Shown here: one piece after another, positions 21,760 through 33,214 of the stretch | How the letters are laid out: each line of letters starts with the position of its first letter | How positions within the stretch are numbered: the stretch's first letter is position 1 | From: Picochlorum sp. SENEW3 | Taxonomy: Eukaryota | Direction of reading: 5' to 3' | NCBI GenBank assembly: GCA_034226945.1 | Contig: CP120454.1 | Coordinates: 992,001-1,056,000, forward strand | DNA: 64,000 nucleotides | Made by a program: the position numbers and the translations under genes | Notes under the pieces: model-generated | The model's database searches: none | What the model saw: the letters and a program-made list of their open reading frames with translations, nothing else | Told to the model about the DNA's origin: nothing

Positions 21760-23691
21760 TTACATGGCGTTGCCTTGGAGGCATAAAACAAAGACGCTCC
21801 CTTGTGAGGTGGCTGCCAGCAGTTCTTGTTTGGAAGGATGCCATGACACGGCAGAGATGAAGGGCTTGTCCTTGACCTCTGATGATATCGATGTGTCTAC
21901 TGGAAGGGCAGCTTTGGTGATTGGTTTTGAGAGGGGCTTGTAATATACGTAGACTTCGTGTGTCTCACTTCCGCAGGCGAAAAAGTTGTCACGGACACCA
22001 AGGCCTACGAAATTCTTTTCATTTCTATGGCCTCTGAAAATGCGCTCCTCTGCTGATGTTGCTGCAGTGTTCCATAATCGTAGGGATGAATCAGTGGATG
22101 CTGATACAATCTCCTCCAGTCCTGACCACCTGACATAGGATACTGCCTTCTTGTGACCTGAAAATGCACGAATGTACGTATCATACTTTCTAAGATCATA
22201 CAGATAGACTGAATGATCGGCGGATCCTACGGCGACTTGATGCGGTGAGTTTGGGTGCCATTTCACAGCACACACATTTGCTTTGAGATTGAACTGGGCA
22301 ATCGCAGATGGAGATTTTGTACTCCATATTTTCACATGACAGTCATCAGATCCAGTCACAAGCATTGCTGGATCCGCTCCACAATGATCGACCGACCATA
22401 TTCGCTTTGAATGGGCCTCGTATTCATGGACAAGATCTCCCGTGGTAGAATCCCAAATGTTCAAGACACCTTCATAGTCTGTTGACGCCAGCTCTGATGC
22501 AACAAATCTGTTCCATGAAAGGCAGCTTAACTTTGACCTTGTCAGCATTTCAACCACTGGACAATGTGTCATGACTCCAGTGGATTCTAACATGGTTGTG
22601 TGGTCGAAAATGGAAATTCTCTTGGAGACACCAGCTGTTGCAAACAGCCTGCCCTGCCGATCATACTCGACAGAAGATAGAATTGATGATGGATGGACTT
22701 GAGGAGGTCGAGGAATCTGTGCTACAACCCTCAAGGAATTTGATTGCGACAGCGTGCCCAGAATTTTTCCAAATTCTTGAAGTCCTTCATCTCCATGAGC
22801 AACCGTTGCACCTTGTTTGCTATCTGAACTTATGGAGGCTGTACCTTGTCCATTTCCACTGGAATGATTCTCACCCATACGTCCAGAACGTAATTTCAAA
22901 TACACATTCTGTAAGTCTTCAAACTGAGATGCAATACGTTTGCGTTTCTTGCAACACAGTTCTGCAAGATGGTGTTCCACCTGTTTTCCTCCAGGATGAG
23001 ATCGAACATCATCTCCATCTCCTTGGGTTTTCAAATACGTCTTCAACCCAGGGTGCTCAGCAAAAGTGTCATACATATTCTGGGAATATCCATTCCTATT
23101 CTTTCCATCACCAGTATCATCCTGTGGTGGATTACTCTCTGTCATGGCATTGCTTTCAAGGCTCTTGACAGACTTGGAGCGATGCATGGACCCATCTGCC
23201 ACAGCCTGATGCGAGTTTTCTACCACATGAATATCTGATTCTAAGCATTCTATTTCTTTCTGCAGCATTTCTAATCGCTTTGCCTTCTCCACCCGACTCT
23301 CCTGAAGAAAGTGCAACAGGAGGTCCAAGTCATTCCTCTTCTCCTCCCTATCAGCCTCTACCTTGTATTCATGGAGTTGCTTTAATAATGAATCTATCTC
23401 CTCTACTGAAAGTTTATGCTTCACATGACTCAGTGTGTTCTTCAACGACACAAATGGAGATTCTGTGTGCTGTTTGTCTTTGGAGACAGAGTTGACAATT
23501 TTAGACAGAGCAAAACTGGGGTTCAACTTGGCCATCGTAAGAGACGCAGAGCAGTTGGGACACGTTGATGAATTCTTCAAATGCGTTGCCACGCAAGAAT
23601 AACAAAATGCGTGCCCGCACGGAGTCACGAAAGGATCCACAAGCAACGAAATGCAAATGGGGCACTTCAAATCATCCTCATTCACCAGCAT
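21760..23691 (-). CDS. COP1: E3 ubiquitin ligase COP1 (RING, coiled coil, WD40)
   Basis: CPIC..PCGHAFCYSC..CPNC, FATAGVSKRI, SKLSCLSWN, GHRNEKNFVGL, ACGSET. Confidence 0.93.
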   Translation of the reverse strand: MLVNEDDLKCPICISLLVDPFVTPCGHAFCYSCVATHLKNSSTCPNCSASLTMAKLNPSFALSKIVNSVSKDKQHTESPFVSLKNTLSHVKHKLSVEEIDSLLKQLHEYKVEADREEKRNDLDLLLHFLQESRVEKAKRLEMLQKEIECLESDIHVVENSHQAVADGSMHRSKSVKSLESNAMTESNPPQDDTGDGKNRNGYSQNMYDTFAEHPGLKTYLKTQGDGDDVRSHPGGKQVEHHLAELCCKKRKRIASQFEDLQNVYLKLRSGRMGENHSSGNGQGTASISSDSKQGATVAHGDEGLQEFGKILGTLSQSNSLRVVAQIPRPPQVHPSSILSSVEYDRQGRLFATAGVSKRISIFDHTTMLESTGVMTHCPVVEMLTRSKLSCLSWNRFVASELASTDYEGVLNIWDSTTGDLVHEYEAHSKRIWSVDHCGADPAMLVTGSDDCHVKIWSTKSPSAIAQFNLKANVCAVKWHPNSPHQVAVGSADHSVYLYDLRKYDTYIRAFSGHKKAVSYVRWSGLEEIVSASTDSSLRLWNTAATSAEERIFRGHRNEKNFVGLGVRDNFFACGSETHEVYVYYKPLSKPITKAALPVDTSISSEVKDKPFISAVSWHPSKQELLAATSQGSVFVLCLQGNAM

Positions 23692-24415
23692 TCTTGTTAA
23701 TGCTGCGCCGTGAATGGTTTTATTTAATATAATAGTTTGGAAAATGAAATCTCTGGCGAATTCCGTCAATCGCTGAAAGTAAAAGCTCTGTAAACTTCTC
23801 CTTTCCTATTCAAACAAAAGGCGACAAACTTCTTTTCTCCTTGATATCCATCTCAATCATTCCTATAGATGTGTAAATGAAAATTTATGTATGGAACTGC
23901 GACCAATATGCGTTGATTGCTCTTTTCTAAACCACAGTGAATAACGTGTGGACTGTCGCAGACCAGACACGTGCACGTATTTCTGTACTTGGTCTACAAG
24001 ATCCACAGAAAGTTTCACAAATCAAATACACAACACATATATTGGATGTAATGGGAATCCGTCGACAGAGGCCGTGTATGGATTGCTGAATGGCGGATTC
24101 AAGTGTTTGTTTGGTACAGAAGGCCGGAATGTGGCTGTGGAGTGAGGCGCCCAAATGTGCTGGATGGCATTTTGAGCGCCCCTTGGACCAACAAACAACA
24201 AACCGCCTTTCTTTTCCGAACATGGAATGGACAGCTGGTTTTTTCAACATACACACTATTTCATATCCATATATAGAAGAGACGTGATACACATTGGGAA
24301 GTATTGGATCGTTGAGTGGACTCAGTGTATTGCCATTGGATTCCAAACCACTGGACTGGTTGGTTGACCAACGTCACCCAATTTCGTTTTCAAGCTTAGA
24401 GTATCACATCATACA

Positions 24416-25753
24416 ATGGCGCATTGGTTTGTTGATTATGTGACAATGCCTTTGAGCATGCCTATATTGCTCTTGTGGCTTTTAGTGGCAAGGGTAGTGT
24501 CCCTTCTCTTGCCTCTTTTGGTTGTTCCTAGTTTGCTCACGGCGAGGACGCTCTATTGGGCTGTTCCAATCGCTCGAACGGCTTGGAAAATTAAACCACG
24601 ATTTAAAGGATTTGTTCAGAGGATGGGCTTTGAAGCGACGTATTGTATGAATATTACGAGGAGATTTCTCACTTTGCCGTTGAGGCGAAGAGTGCCTGAT
24701 GTCTTTATTCTTGGTTTTCCAAAATGTGGAACCACAGCGCTTGCACAGTATCTGATGCAGCATCCTGCAATAAGTGGGGTTGATGGCTTGACGTGGGACC
24801 CTTCATTAGGAAAGGAGAGTCACTTTTTTAATGGAGTGCTTGGGCCACGGACCACGCATTCTCGCATGCTGTACAGGTCCTTCTTTCCAACCATGGTGAC
24901 GAGGTGGTGGAGGGAAGTGGTTCTCCGTTGTGGAACATGGAAATGCATGGATGCCTGTCCATTGAATGCCTGCCTGCCACATGTGGCGGAGAGAATAAAA
25001 AAGATGAATCCGAATGCCAAGCTCATCTTCATGGTCAGGGATCCTGTAGAGGCCGCCTTTAGTGCAGAGATTATGTTGCGTAATACAGGGATGGATCTAG
25101 AATGGTCTTTTATGGAAGATATTCAAGCTGCAGATCCTAGATTTGTCGAGTCGCCAGAAGATGAGGCCTTTTTTGAAAAGTTGTCCCATCTGAAGCAGTA
25201 TGATGCACTCCCATACGATTTGCCTTCCAGAATATTCGGCAAATCTTCATCTGTATTGTACTTTTCCAAATTCGCAGATCGCATTGCACCATATTTGAGT
25301 AGATTCCCGAGGGAAAATATCTTGTTCATGGAATTTAGAGAGTTCACTGCACAGCCTCAAAAGTCAGCAGAGTCTGTGATGGAATTTATTGGGGTAGACC
25401 CTGCAAAATACACATTCAAACCAGTGCCCATGTGGTCTGGAGAGCGACGAGGTCGCCGAATGCATCCAGCCGTGAAGAAAAAGTTGAGACAGTATTTTGC
25501 GATTCCAAATCAGAAATTATATGCTATTGTCGGCAAGGCATATTCATGGGATGCAGAAATGTCATCAAGCGAAGATGAGGAACATGCAATAACATCTACT
25601 GGGGAGCATCTTATTATTCCTCTTTCAGATCAGTTTTCAGAAAAGGAGAAGAAATCGTATGCCACAGCGGTTGAATTATTACCACAGGCTGTTGGAAGGA
25701 AAGAAAGCAGAAGTAGAGCAAACAGGACAATTAGTGTCTCTGCAGTAGTCTGA
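24416..25753 (+). CDS. Membrane-anchored PAPS-dependent sulfotransferase (HS3ST/NDST-like domain)
   Basis: N-terminal hydrophobic helix; 5'PSB GFPKCGTTAL, KESHFF, 3'PB MVRDPVEAAFS. Confidence 0.85.
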   Translation: MAHWFVDYVTMPLSMPILLLWLLVARVVSLLLPLLVVPSLLTARTLYWAVPIARTAWKIKPRFKGFVQRMGFEATYCMNITRRFLTLPLRRRVPDVFILGFPKCGTTALAQYLMQHPAISGVDGLTWDPSLGKESHFFNGVLGPRTTHSRMLYRSFFPTMVTRWWREVVLRCGTWKCMDACPLNACLPHVAERIKKMNPNAKLIFMVRDPVEAAFSAEIMLRNTGMDLEWSFMEDIQAADPRFVESPEDEAFFEKLSHLKQYDALPYDLPSRIFGKSSSVLYFSKFADRIAPYLSRFPRENILFMEFREFTAQPQKSAESVMEFIGVDPAKYTFKPVPMWSGERRGRRMHPAVKKKLRQYFAIPNQKLYAIVGKAYSWDAEMSSSEDEEHAITSTGEHLIIPLSDQFSEKEKKSYATAVELLPQAVGRKESRSRANRTISVSAVV

Positions 25754-25802
25754 TAACGTATATAAACTTGATGACATCTTGCGTGTAAACATAACGAGAG
25801 CA

Positions 25803-27494
25803 CTATATAAGAGCGAATTCGTGCTGTATCAAAATATGCTGCGGTAGAGTAAATCTTCGGAATAGTCCAACCCTTTCTAATAGGACCTTGAGTCTCTCAA
25901 TGTCATGCAAGGCACACCACGTGTACCCTCCTCTCTTCGCGGCACATCTGACAGGGGCGCCCTCTGAGTAGACAAAATTCTGATAGAAAAACGAGATTGC
26001 CTCCTCTTCCCCTGCGTTGGCGGCCATGAATGCATGCGCATCAATATCTAGAATAAAGCACTCCTTCTTCACAGTGTCATAGTCAACGTCTTTTCTACCA
26101 AATAGCTGAGGGCAAGACAATTTCGCCTTCTTTGTCACCTCATTGGGATCACAGTATGTATAATGAAGAATGATTGACTCGTGAGATATGACATTCGTCC
26201 AGTCACCCTTTGCATTATCCTCTGAAATATACGATTGATGTGGGGGACCATTGAAGTAGTGAGGGCCATATTGTCTTAAACCGGAGGCAGAGAGCCGAGC
26301 CGCAGACTTTCCGTTTGCATACAGATATACAAATCCTGGATTTAGGCCCTGTTTAAACGTTGATCTGTAATGGATTGCCTCGGGAGTTGAGAAAAATTTG
26401 GGTGCCCGAAACAAATTCACCTCATAGAATGGATACTTCACATCGCCAGCCTCCACTTGCGCCTCGAAGTTCATAAACCTCATAGCTGGCACAGAACTTG
26501 GTACACTATGAAATACCTCTGGAATTGATGAATACCGTGTTGTTAAGAAGAGCTCATCAGGATCAATTTGAATAATCCAGTCTTTCCCATCTTGCTGTGC
26601 AGCCTTGATGGCCCACTGCGCTCCATATTTCTGCTTCTTCATCAACTCATAATTACCTTCATCAGATACTTTGGTTGATTCATTGAACTTCTGGAACTCT
26701 TCGTAGTCCTCTTTCGATGCGAATTCTGGTCTGAGACTTGACATTTTGACAATCGGGTCCAATGAGGTGATCATCTCAACAGCCTCCCCATCTTTGCCAT
26801 CGTACATGATATAAAACGCATCCACTCCCATCTCAATATGATACTGAATCCATGGCATGACGCTCAGTTTGAATGCCTCCGCGTCATGAGCAATGGATGC
26901 AGCAATACAAACTTTAGCATGTTGCCTTTTTGGTGCCTGTCTCCTATGCAAGCTGCGCACAAACTCAATCCTCTTCTGGATATCTAGATCACTATGAATA
27001 TATGATCTAATCCCATCCAGATGCAAATCTTTCACCGTCGTCCTATGCTGTACGTGCGCGAGCTCTTCAATGGTCCTACCAGTACTTGTGTTACTTGAAA
27101 CCATGGTCTCCCAATACCTCTCAATCTCCCCATACAAGTCTACACCACCAGGTACATTACTCACAGAATGGAAAAGATTCTCATTATCATGATATCGCTT
27201 CTTCCGCACTCCTGTCGTGTCAGTAACATCAACAAAATGCAACCTATTTTCACTCAGCTGCTCTTGCTCTCTATCTTCAAGCAACACATCCAGAATAACC
27301 GGAGTATCCAACTCTGAAACTTGTTTTTCTGACTGTTTTGTGTGATACAATGGCATACCACCGTGTATTGGCCCGTCAATGACGGACCAGTCGACCCACA
27401 AGCTGCCGCTCAGAGAAAAGAAGAGTAAGAATTGCAAAGCCGCCACGAGAAGCAATAAGATACACAAGTTACGAAGTCTTCTTTCCCTTCTCAT
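25803..27494 (-). CDS. Type II membrane glycosyltransferase-like protein (KOBITO1/ELD1-like, GT-A fold)
   Basis: Basic N-tail + TM; WIQYH..GV..FY, WIIQIDPDEL (DxD), ANGKSAAR, ILHYTY. Confidence 0.8.
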   Translation of the reverse strand: MRRERRLRNLCILLLLVAALQFLLFFSLSGSLWVDWSVIDGPIHGGMPLYHTKQSEKQVSELDTPVILDVLLEDREQEQLSENRLHFVDVTDTTGVRKKRYHDNENLFHSVSNVPGGVDLYGEIERYWETMVSSNTSTGRTIEELAHVQHRTTVKDLHLDGIRSYIHSDLDIQKRIEFVRSLHRRQAPKRQHAKVCIAASIAHDAEAFKLSVMPWIQYHIEMGVDAFYIMYDGKDGEAVEMITSLDPIVKMSSLRPEFASKEDYEEFQKFNESTKVSDEGNYELMKKQKYGAQWAIKAAQQDGKDWIIQIDPDELFLTTRYSSIPEVFHSVPSSVPAMRFMNFEAQVEAGDVKYPFYEVNLFRAPKFFSTPEAIHYRSTFKQGLNPGFVYLYANGKSAARLSASGLRQYGPHYFNGPPHQSYISEDNAKGDWTNVISHESIILHYTYCDPNEVTKKAKLSCPQLFGRKDVDYDTVKKECFILDIDAHAFMAANAGEEEAISFFYQNFVYSEGAPVRCAAKRGGYTWCALHDIERLKVLLERVGLFRRFTLPQHILIQHEFALI

Positions 27495-27927
27495 TGATCA
27501 AAATATCAATCAGACCTAGAAAAAATAGACAATGATTGAATACTCTGTGAAATATATCCAGAATCCCAAGTGACACCACGACCTGGTCAACACGCGGTCA
27601 ACTCTGGTTCCAAATTCTACAAATCATCTGATATGACATTATAATAGAAGCAATTCTTCTGAAATACTAAAAATGTACGATTTCAGCCACATAGTGATTC
27701 AAATCGTAGTACAGGGCAGCGGATACAGGAACCTGCCACCTGGCACAGAAGTGGAGTCATGCCCTATCAAAAGATGTCTTTGAGAGGGCATGTGATAACA
27801 AGGCGATTGTGTGGTCCGAGAGATTGTTGGTTAAAGTTTGTGGTAAAACTCTGCCTAGATTCATCTCATATGTACATATAAATTTTTTTATAAATTTCTT
27901 CTGTCTATATTAAGAGTAACATCCACG

Positions 27928-29600
27928 ATGAAACCGCTTTCCGTGCTGGTTCTGTTGCTCTGCCTTGACTTGTGCACGAGAGCAGCACAGGGTAAGAAAA
28001 CCTGCTTGATCATCTCATTTGAGTAGCTTTTGATGCATTAATACGTAAACTATTCATCATATATGTCCACGAATGCTGGGCGATCAGGGTTTCAGCAATT
28101 CACGTGTGGTTGTTATTTGCAGGTCAACCAGGAACGACTGAAAAGGGGGCAGCGCCACTGCCAGGGGACGAGGTTGCCACCAACAAATCATATCCTGTAC
28201 TTGGCCTGCCATGTTTACTTGATTCATCTTGTAGGCAAGCATTTGGAATTTCCAGGCCATATTGCAATGCTGGGGACTGTGTGCAATGCGTGAACAATGG
28301 TCAGTGTAGTGCGTTGGGCACCTCAAAGCCATACTGTAGTGTTTCAGGAAGCAGTGCGAATACCTGTGTTGCATGTGACAATAATTCTCATTGTGCAACG
28401 GGGGTATGTTCAGCGGACAAGGTTTGTGTGGAATGTTTGACCGATGATCAGTGCACCAATGCCACATTGCCATATTGCAGTACCTCTGCATCTGGACCGA
28501 CTGCTCAGACATGCGTTGCATGTAATACCGACTCTCACTGCCCAGATGGGCTGGTGTGTTCTCCTGAAAAAAAATGTGTCCAATGCTTGGATTCGGAGGA
28601 TTGTGTTTCTGTAACTCTTTTTGATGGGACTCCCCTGCCATACTGTGCTGCATCCGAATGGTGTTCTGAATGTAATGGTTTGGATCGGACCTGTGATAAA
28701 GAAAACCTCTTGGGCATCGCCGTCTGCTCTATTTTTGGTGAATGTATTGCTCAGTGTGAGACTGATGCTGACTGCTTGAGTGATCTCCATCCTTACTGCG
28801 ATGCAAATAATAGTGGTCAATGTGCCAGCTGCCAGGGGGATGCAGAAGGGTGTCCAGATGGCTTGCAATGCTATGCACCAACTGGGGAGGTGCCTCGATG
28901 CATTGAATGTTTAGATAATGATATGTGTGATGATGGGTTGCTCTGTGATCCAGATCGATACAAATGCCAAGAATGTGTGGATAATGACGATTGTCCTGGC
29001 TCATACCTCTGTGCCAGTCATGGCAGGTGTCAACAATGCCTGGACAATGGTGACTGTCCTTCACGTGTGCCACTGTGCAGTCAGGGATATTGTGTTGCAT
29101 GTGAAGATGATACAGATTGTCCCAATTACAATCCACGCTGTTCTGATGAGGATCACAGATGTTATGCATGCCTTGGTGATGATGATTGTGAGAGCCCACT
29201 GGCACCATTTTGCATCAGCAATGCCTGCCAAGCCTGTCGTACTGATACTGACTGCCCAGAAGATGTTCCTAGATGTTCATCTGGACAGTGTGTTCAGTGT
29301 CTTGTAGATGCTGAATGCGATGATGGACGACGTTGTGATGCTCAGAGTCATTGGTGTGTTGCATGTACAGAAGAGGGTGCAGATGATCCGGCATGTCCCA
29401 ACTCGACGCCATTTTGCTCATCAGGGTACTGTCAGGAATGCATTTCACCAAATGATTGTCCGAATGGTCTTCCGTGTACGGATGGAGTTTGCTCTGAATG
29501 TACATCGAATGATGCCTGTGCAACTCTACCAGTTCCAACGTATAAAACATGCCTCGCAGATGGGGATGTATACAGATGTATCTCGAATTTGAAGGCATAG
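27928..29600 (+). CDS. Secreted cysteine-rich tandem-repeat protein, 2 exons
   Basis: Signal exon MKPLSVLVLLLCLDLCTRAAQ 27928-27991, intron 27992-28122, then ~18 units of CxxC-x5-C-xn-(P)xC. Confidence 0.88.
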
Positions 29601-29737
29601 CTGACGCGTATTAATTGTTATCATCAAATTACATGGGCGATACATTATTATATGCCTGAATTTTTATTATTGTAGGTCTCAAGATAAAATATTTTGTAGC
29701 AAGTTCAAAATGATCACGTTCATGTTGTGTCTTTAGT

Positions 29738-32700
29738 TTAATCTGATGAATCAGAATTGGTAGTCTTCGTTATTTGATCCTTTATCAAGTCACTGAGCAT
29801 GTTTCTCAGCTGCTGCACAATGCCGTCCATTGTTGGCCGTTGGGCAGGATCTAATGCCCAGCACTGTTTTATCAGTGCCACATACTCATCGTAGCATGCC
29901 AAGGGTCCTGCCGGGAGTTCCGCTTGTTCAGGAATGACAAGTTCTTTGCCTTGAAGGACAGAATTGATGATTGAGAATGGGTTTGTATTCTCTCCCCAAG
30001 GCAACTTCCATGTCATTAATTCCCACAGCACAATGCCAAAAGAGTATACATCGGCAGCTTTGCCGCCATGCTCACCTCGCAGAATTTCTGGAGCCAACCA
30101 CCGAGGATTGGTGATTTGAAGTGAACTTGAAAACGAATCCTTCTCCAGAGCCCTACTAAGATTGAAATCTGATATCTTGACATGCCATAAAGCATCTACT
30201 AGCAGATTTGGACTCTTCAGATCCCTGTGGATAATGGGAGGGGATCTTGAGTGCAAATACAGCATTCCTTTTGCAGCATCTGTAGCAATGCCAAGCAAGT
30301 GTACCCAATCAATCTGTCTGGAGGACTTTGCATCTCTATTTGCTTCCGCAAGTATTTTGTCTACGGATCGTCGACTACAGTACTCCATTACCAATGCAGG
30401 AGGATCTAGACAACATCCAAGGTATTGCACGCAGTTTGGATGGCGCAAGCCAGCCATGATGGATGCCTCTTTTTGGAGTGCAAGTAATGCTTCCTCACTC
30501 GGCGGCTGATCTGGTGCCCAACCCATTGCTCTTTTCGTATCATGTGTCAATACCTTTACAGCCACAGTCGTTTGCAAATACCTGCCAAGCCAAACAAGCC
30601 CGTATGATCCTTCTCCGATTGTCTTGACCAATTCGATATCTGTGAAATCAATGATGTCAAACGTGGATGTCAAATTTGCAAGATCACAGGATCGTGAGGT
30701 CATTGAGTCAATCCGTCCTGCTTTTGTTGGCGACTCCTGGGACTGTTCTCTACTACTGTTCCCTATCTCATAAGCCTCCACTCCTATTTTTCTCGGGGAC
30801 ATACTATCACCGCTGTTGGATGTCAAGCTATCCTTTCTGAACCCAACAATGCCTTTCTCAGCATCATGGTATAAGTCTTTATTGGCTGCTATTCGTCTAG
30901 TCTTTTTCTTCTTCCTCCATAATACAACAATGAGCAATAATATTGTTGCAAACAGTGCACCCCCAAGTGCCGATCCCACAGCAATACCAACAATGTCAGA
31001 TGATTGCACCGTGATGGCACCATAGTCATCTACAATAGGGTCCAGACTGGAGAGATACACATCAAACTCACAGACGTTGGTTGAGTTTAGAGACTCGAAG
31101 AAAACGCCAATATATCGACCATACTGGTTGCATGTGACACCCTTTTGCATCCTTCCAGGTGGCACTTGCAGTTCTCCACAAATATTCACCAAGGACAAGT
31201 CATCAATATTTTGTGAATCAGAGACAAACACAGTTGCCTCTGCATTTGAATACCCAGACTGAATCGCAGAACCTTTCAAACTTAACATGACAGACTCAAT
31301 GTTCCCCATGTAACCAGTATCAATGGCGAATGAGAAACCAGCTCCTCCAGCCCCTGACAACCTTGTACACGTCTTGATGTTGCCATCCACCATGAATCCA
31401 CGTCCAAGTTCAGTGATGTTACCAGCAACCGTGTTTTCAGATGCTAATATCGTCTTTCCTGCCGCAATATTTGACTCTGCGGACCAGACTTTGACATTTG
31501 ACAGACTCATGATTGGTCGTGATGCAGCATACAGGACCACAAAACTGCCTTGCACATATTGCACAGGGACGATCAGTGTCTGACCTGCCTCGAACGCAAT
31601 TTCAGAAGCAACCAAGTCATTTGCAAAAATATTGTCCTTGTTAGAGCCCACATACACGGATATATTATACATTGGGTCTCCACTCCTGATGCTAATGCCA
31701 GAGACTGTGTACTCTGTGCCTAAATCAACAAACCAATACACTGGTTCAACCCTGACAGCCTTCATGCCACTTCCTTCCCACTCCCAATCCATGATTCCTT
31801 CAAAGAATATCCCATTCTCTATTGGTAATCCTTCCCCACGAACAACGGCACCGGCAATTTCTGCACCAACTGTTCCGACAACGCTTCGCTGATTTCCACC
31901 GGCAAACATGCCTTCAGCAACATCGGATCCAGATTTGTATGGAATTAGCATGTCATTATAGCAAGGAAGTGCAACTCCTTCTCCGGGCAAGGCATTTCCT
32001 GCTTGTAATCCACTGTTGTATCTGAGCAGATCCTTCAGAGTCACATTAAATGACCATGCTGCTTCCAATAAATTTGAGGATGGCAATGCTTCAGTTTCAC
32101 CACAAGGGGTAGGACAAGTTCCCAGTGTATTGGTTATGACCACATTTGTAGGGTTTGTATACTTGAGGCTATCTGACGATCTGATGTATATTCTCTCCCA
32201 AGAGTCCTCAATACTGGCTGTCCTCCTCCTCCCAAACAGCCCCTGTGATGCACTTTCTGCGTATCCAATATGAGGAGTCATTGCGAAGAGGTTTCTATAT
32301 ACAAGATACACTTGGGACGTGTTGGTCACAAAAGCAGAATCCAGAGATACCACGGTGGGGCCTTCAATATTTCTAAAATCCTCTCCATCAGGCATGGTAC
32401 CATAGTACTTCGGATCTACTACTGGAACTGCACCGCACAAGTAGTCATTTCCAGGTCGAATGGTAATGACTGCCTGAGGAGCAAATCCATTCGATAGCCA
32501 TTCTGATCCCGGGAGCCTTCCAGTCAAGTCATTTCCATCGAGGCTCATCCGTGTCAGGGATGGAAACGTCTGCTTTGACCCGTATGCTGCAGGTAACTCC
32601 CCTGTAAGCTTGTTCTGACTTAATTCTAATCTTGTCAAAGTTCTTGAAGACCATTGAGGTGGCAAATATCCTTCGAATCCATTATCTGAGAGATCCAGTG

Positions 32701-33214
32701 CTTCCAGGTTTGGTATTTTCAACACATCTGGTGACAGCATCCCTTTCAAGCCCAAGCCCCTCAAATTTACTTCAATGACGACTGGACCTCTACACAGTAC
32801 TCCAGACCATGTTTGCTTCCCTATACACGGAGAAGAGTCTGGCCAATTCCACCCATACCACCGTGGGACAGATTTTGTCGCTTCATTCCAGTTGGTAGTT
32901 CTGTACACGACATCCATCAATAGCAATCCCTCAGGAGAAACAACATCCAACGTCCAATCTTGCGACCCAAGGCCATCCTTATTTCCATTTCCCTTTGTGT
33001 CATTTGCATCAGGAGGAGACAGAAACACTACTCCTCTTGATGGTGCTGGCGCCACAAAAGGTCCTGGCGAGGGCGAGGCTTCTGCTTCTGCTTCTCCATA
33101 ACCATAATCATAGTCGTCGTTATCATCATCATCATCATCGGCGTAGACACGTCGTTGCATCACAACCAACAAGATCACAACCAATAACAACCACCTCCTG
33201 TACCTAAACCTCAT
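29738..33214 (-). CDS. Receptor kinase: signal peptide, LRRNT/LRRs, LysM-like, two F5/8C-fucolectin-like domains, TM, Raf-like (TKL) kinase
   Basis: PC..WSGVLC, LDLSDNGFEG.LP; FNVTLKDLLRYN..L..PG..V.LPC; WFVDLG, GRYIGV..VCEFDVY; TM then RKKKK; GEGSYG, HRDLKSPNLLVD, DFNLS, PRWLAPE. Confidence 0.88.
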   Translation of the reverse strand: MRFRYRRWLLLVVILLVVMQRRVYADDDDDDNDDYDYGYGEAEAEASPSPGPFVAPAPSRGVVFLSPPDANDTKGNGNKDGLGSQDWTLDVVSPEGLLLMDVVYRTTNWNEATKSVPRWYGWNWPDSSPCIGKQTWSGVLCRGPVVIEVNLRGLGLKGMLSPDVLKIPNLEALDLSDNGFEGYLPPQWSSRTLTRLELSQNKLTGELPAAYGSKQTFPSLTRMSLDGNDLTGRLPGSEWLSNGFAPQAVITIRPGNDYLCGAVPVVDPKYYGTMPDGEDFRNIEGPTVVSLDSAFVTNTSQVYLVYRNLFAMTPHIGYAESASQGLFGRRRTASIEDSWERIYIRSSDSLKYTNPTNVVITNTLGTCPTPCGETEALPSSNLLEAAWSFNVTLKDLLRYNSGLQAGNALPGEGVALPCYNDMLIPYKSGSDVAEGMFAGGNQRSVVGTVGAEIAGAVVRGEGLPIENGIFFEGIMDWEWEGSGMKAVRVEPVYWFVDLGTEYTVSGISIRSGDPMYNISVYVGSNKDNIFANDLVASEIAFEAGQTLIVPVQYVQGSFVVLYAASRPIMSLSNVKVWSAESNIAAGKTILASENTVAGNITELGRGFMVDGNIKTCTRLSGAGGAGFSFAIDTGYMGNIESVMLSLKGSAIQSGYSNAEATVFVSDSQNIDDLSLVNICGELQVPPGRMQKGVTCNQYGRYIGVFFESLNSTNVCEFDVYLSSLDPIVDDYGAITVQSSDIVGIAVGSALGGALFATILLLIVVLWRKKKKTRRIAANKDLYHDAEKGIVGFRKDSLTSNSGDSMSPRKIGVEAYEIGNSSREQSQESPTKAGRIDSMTSRSCDLANLTSTFDIIDFTDIELVKTIGEGSYGLVWLGRYLQTTVAVKVLTHDTKRAMGWAPDQPPSEEALLALQKEASIMAGLRHPNCVQYLGCCLDPPALVMEYCSRRSVDKILAEANRDAKSSRQIDWVHLLGIATDAAKGMLYLHSRSPPIIHRDLKSPNLLVDALWHVKISDFNLSRALEKDSFSSSLQITNPRWLAPEILRGEHGGKAADVYSFGIVLWELMTWKLPWGENTNPFSIINSVLQGKELVIPEQAELPAGPLACYDEYVALIKQCWALDPAQRPTMDGIVQQLRNMLSDLIKDQITKTTNSDSSD

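Noticed and set aside
23927..24346. Short ORFs between COP1 and the sulfotransferase, including CMDC-TGA (possible selenocysteine readthrough)
   Set aside because: No recognisable selenoprotein fold or SECIS; likely promoter or UTR.
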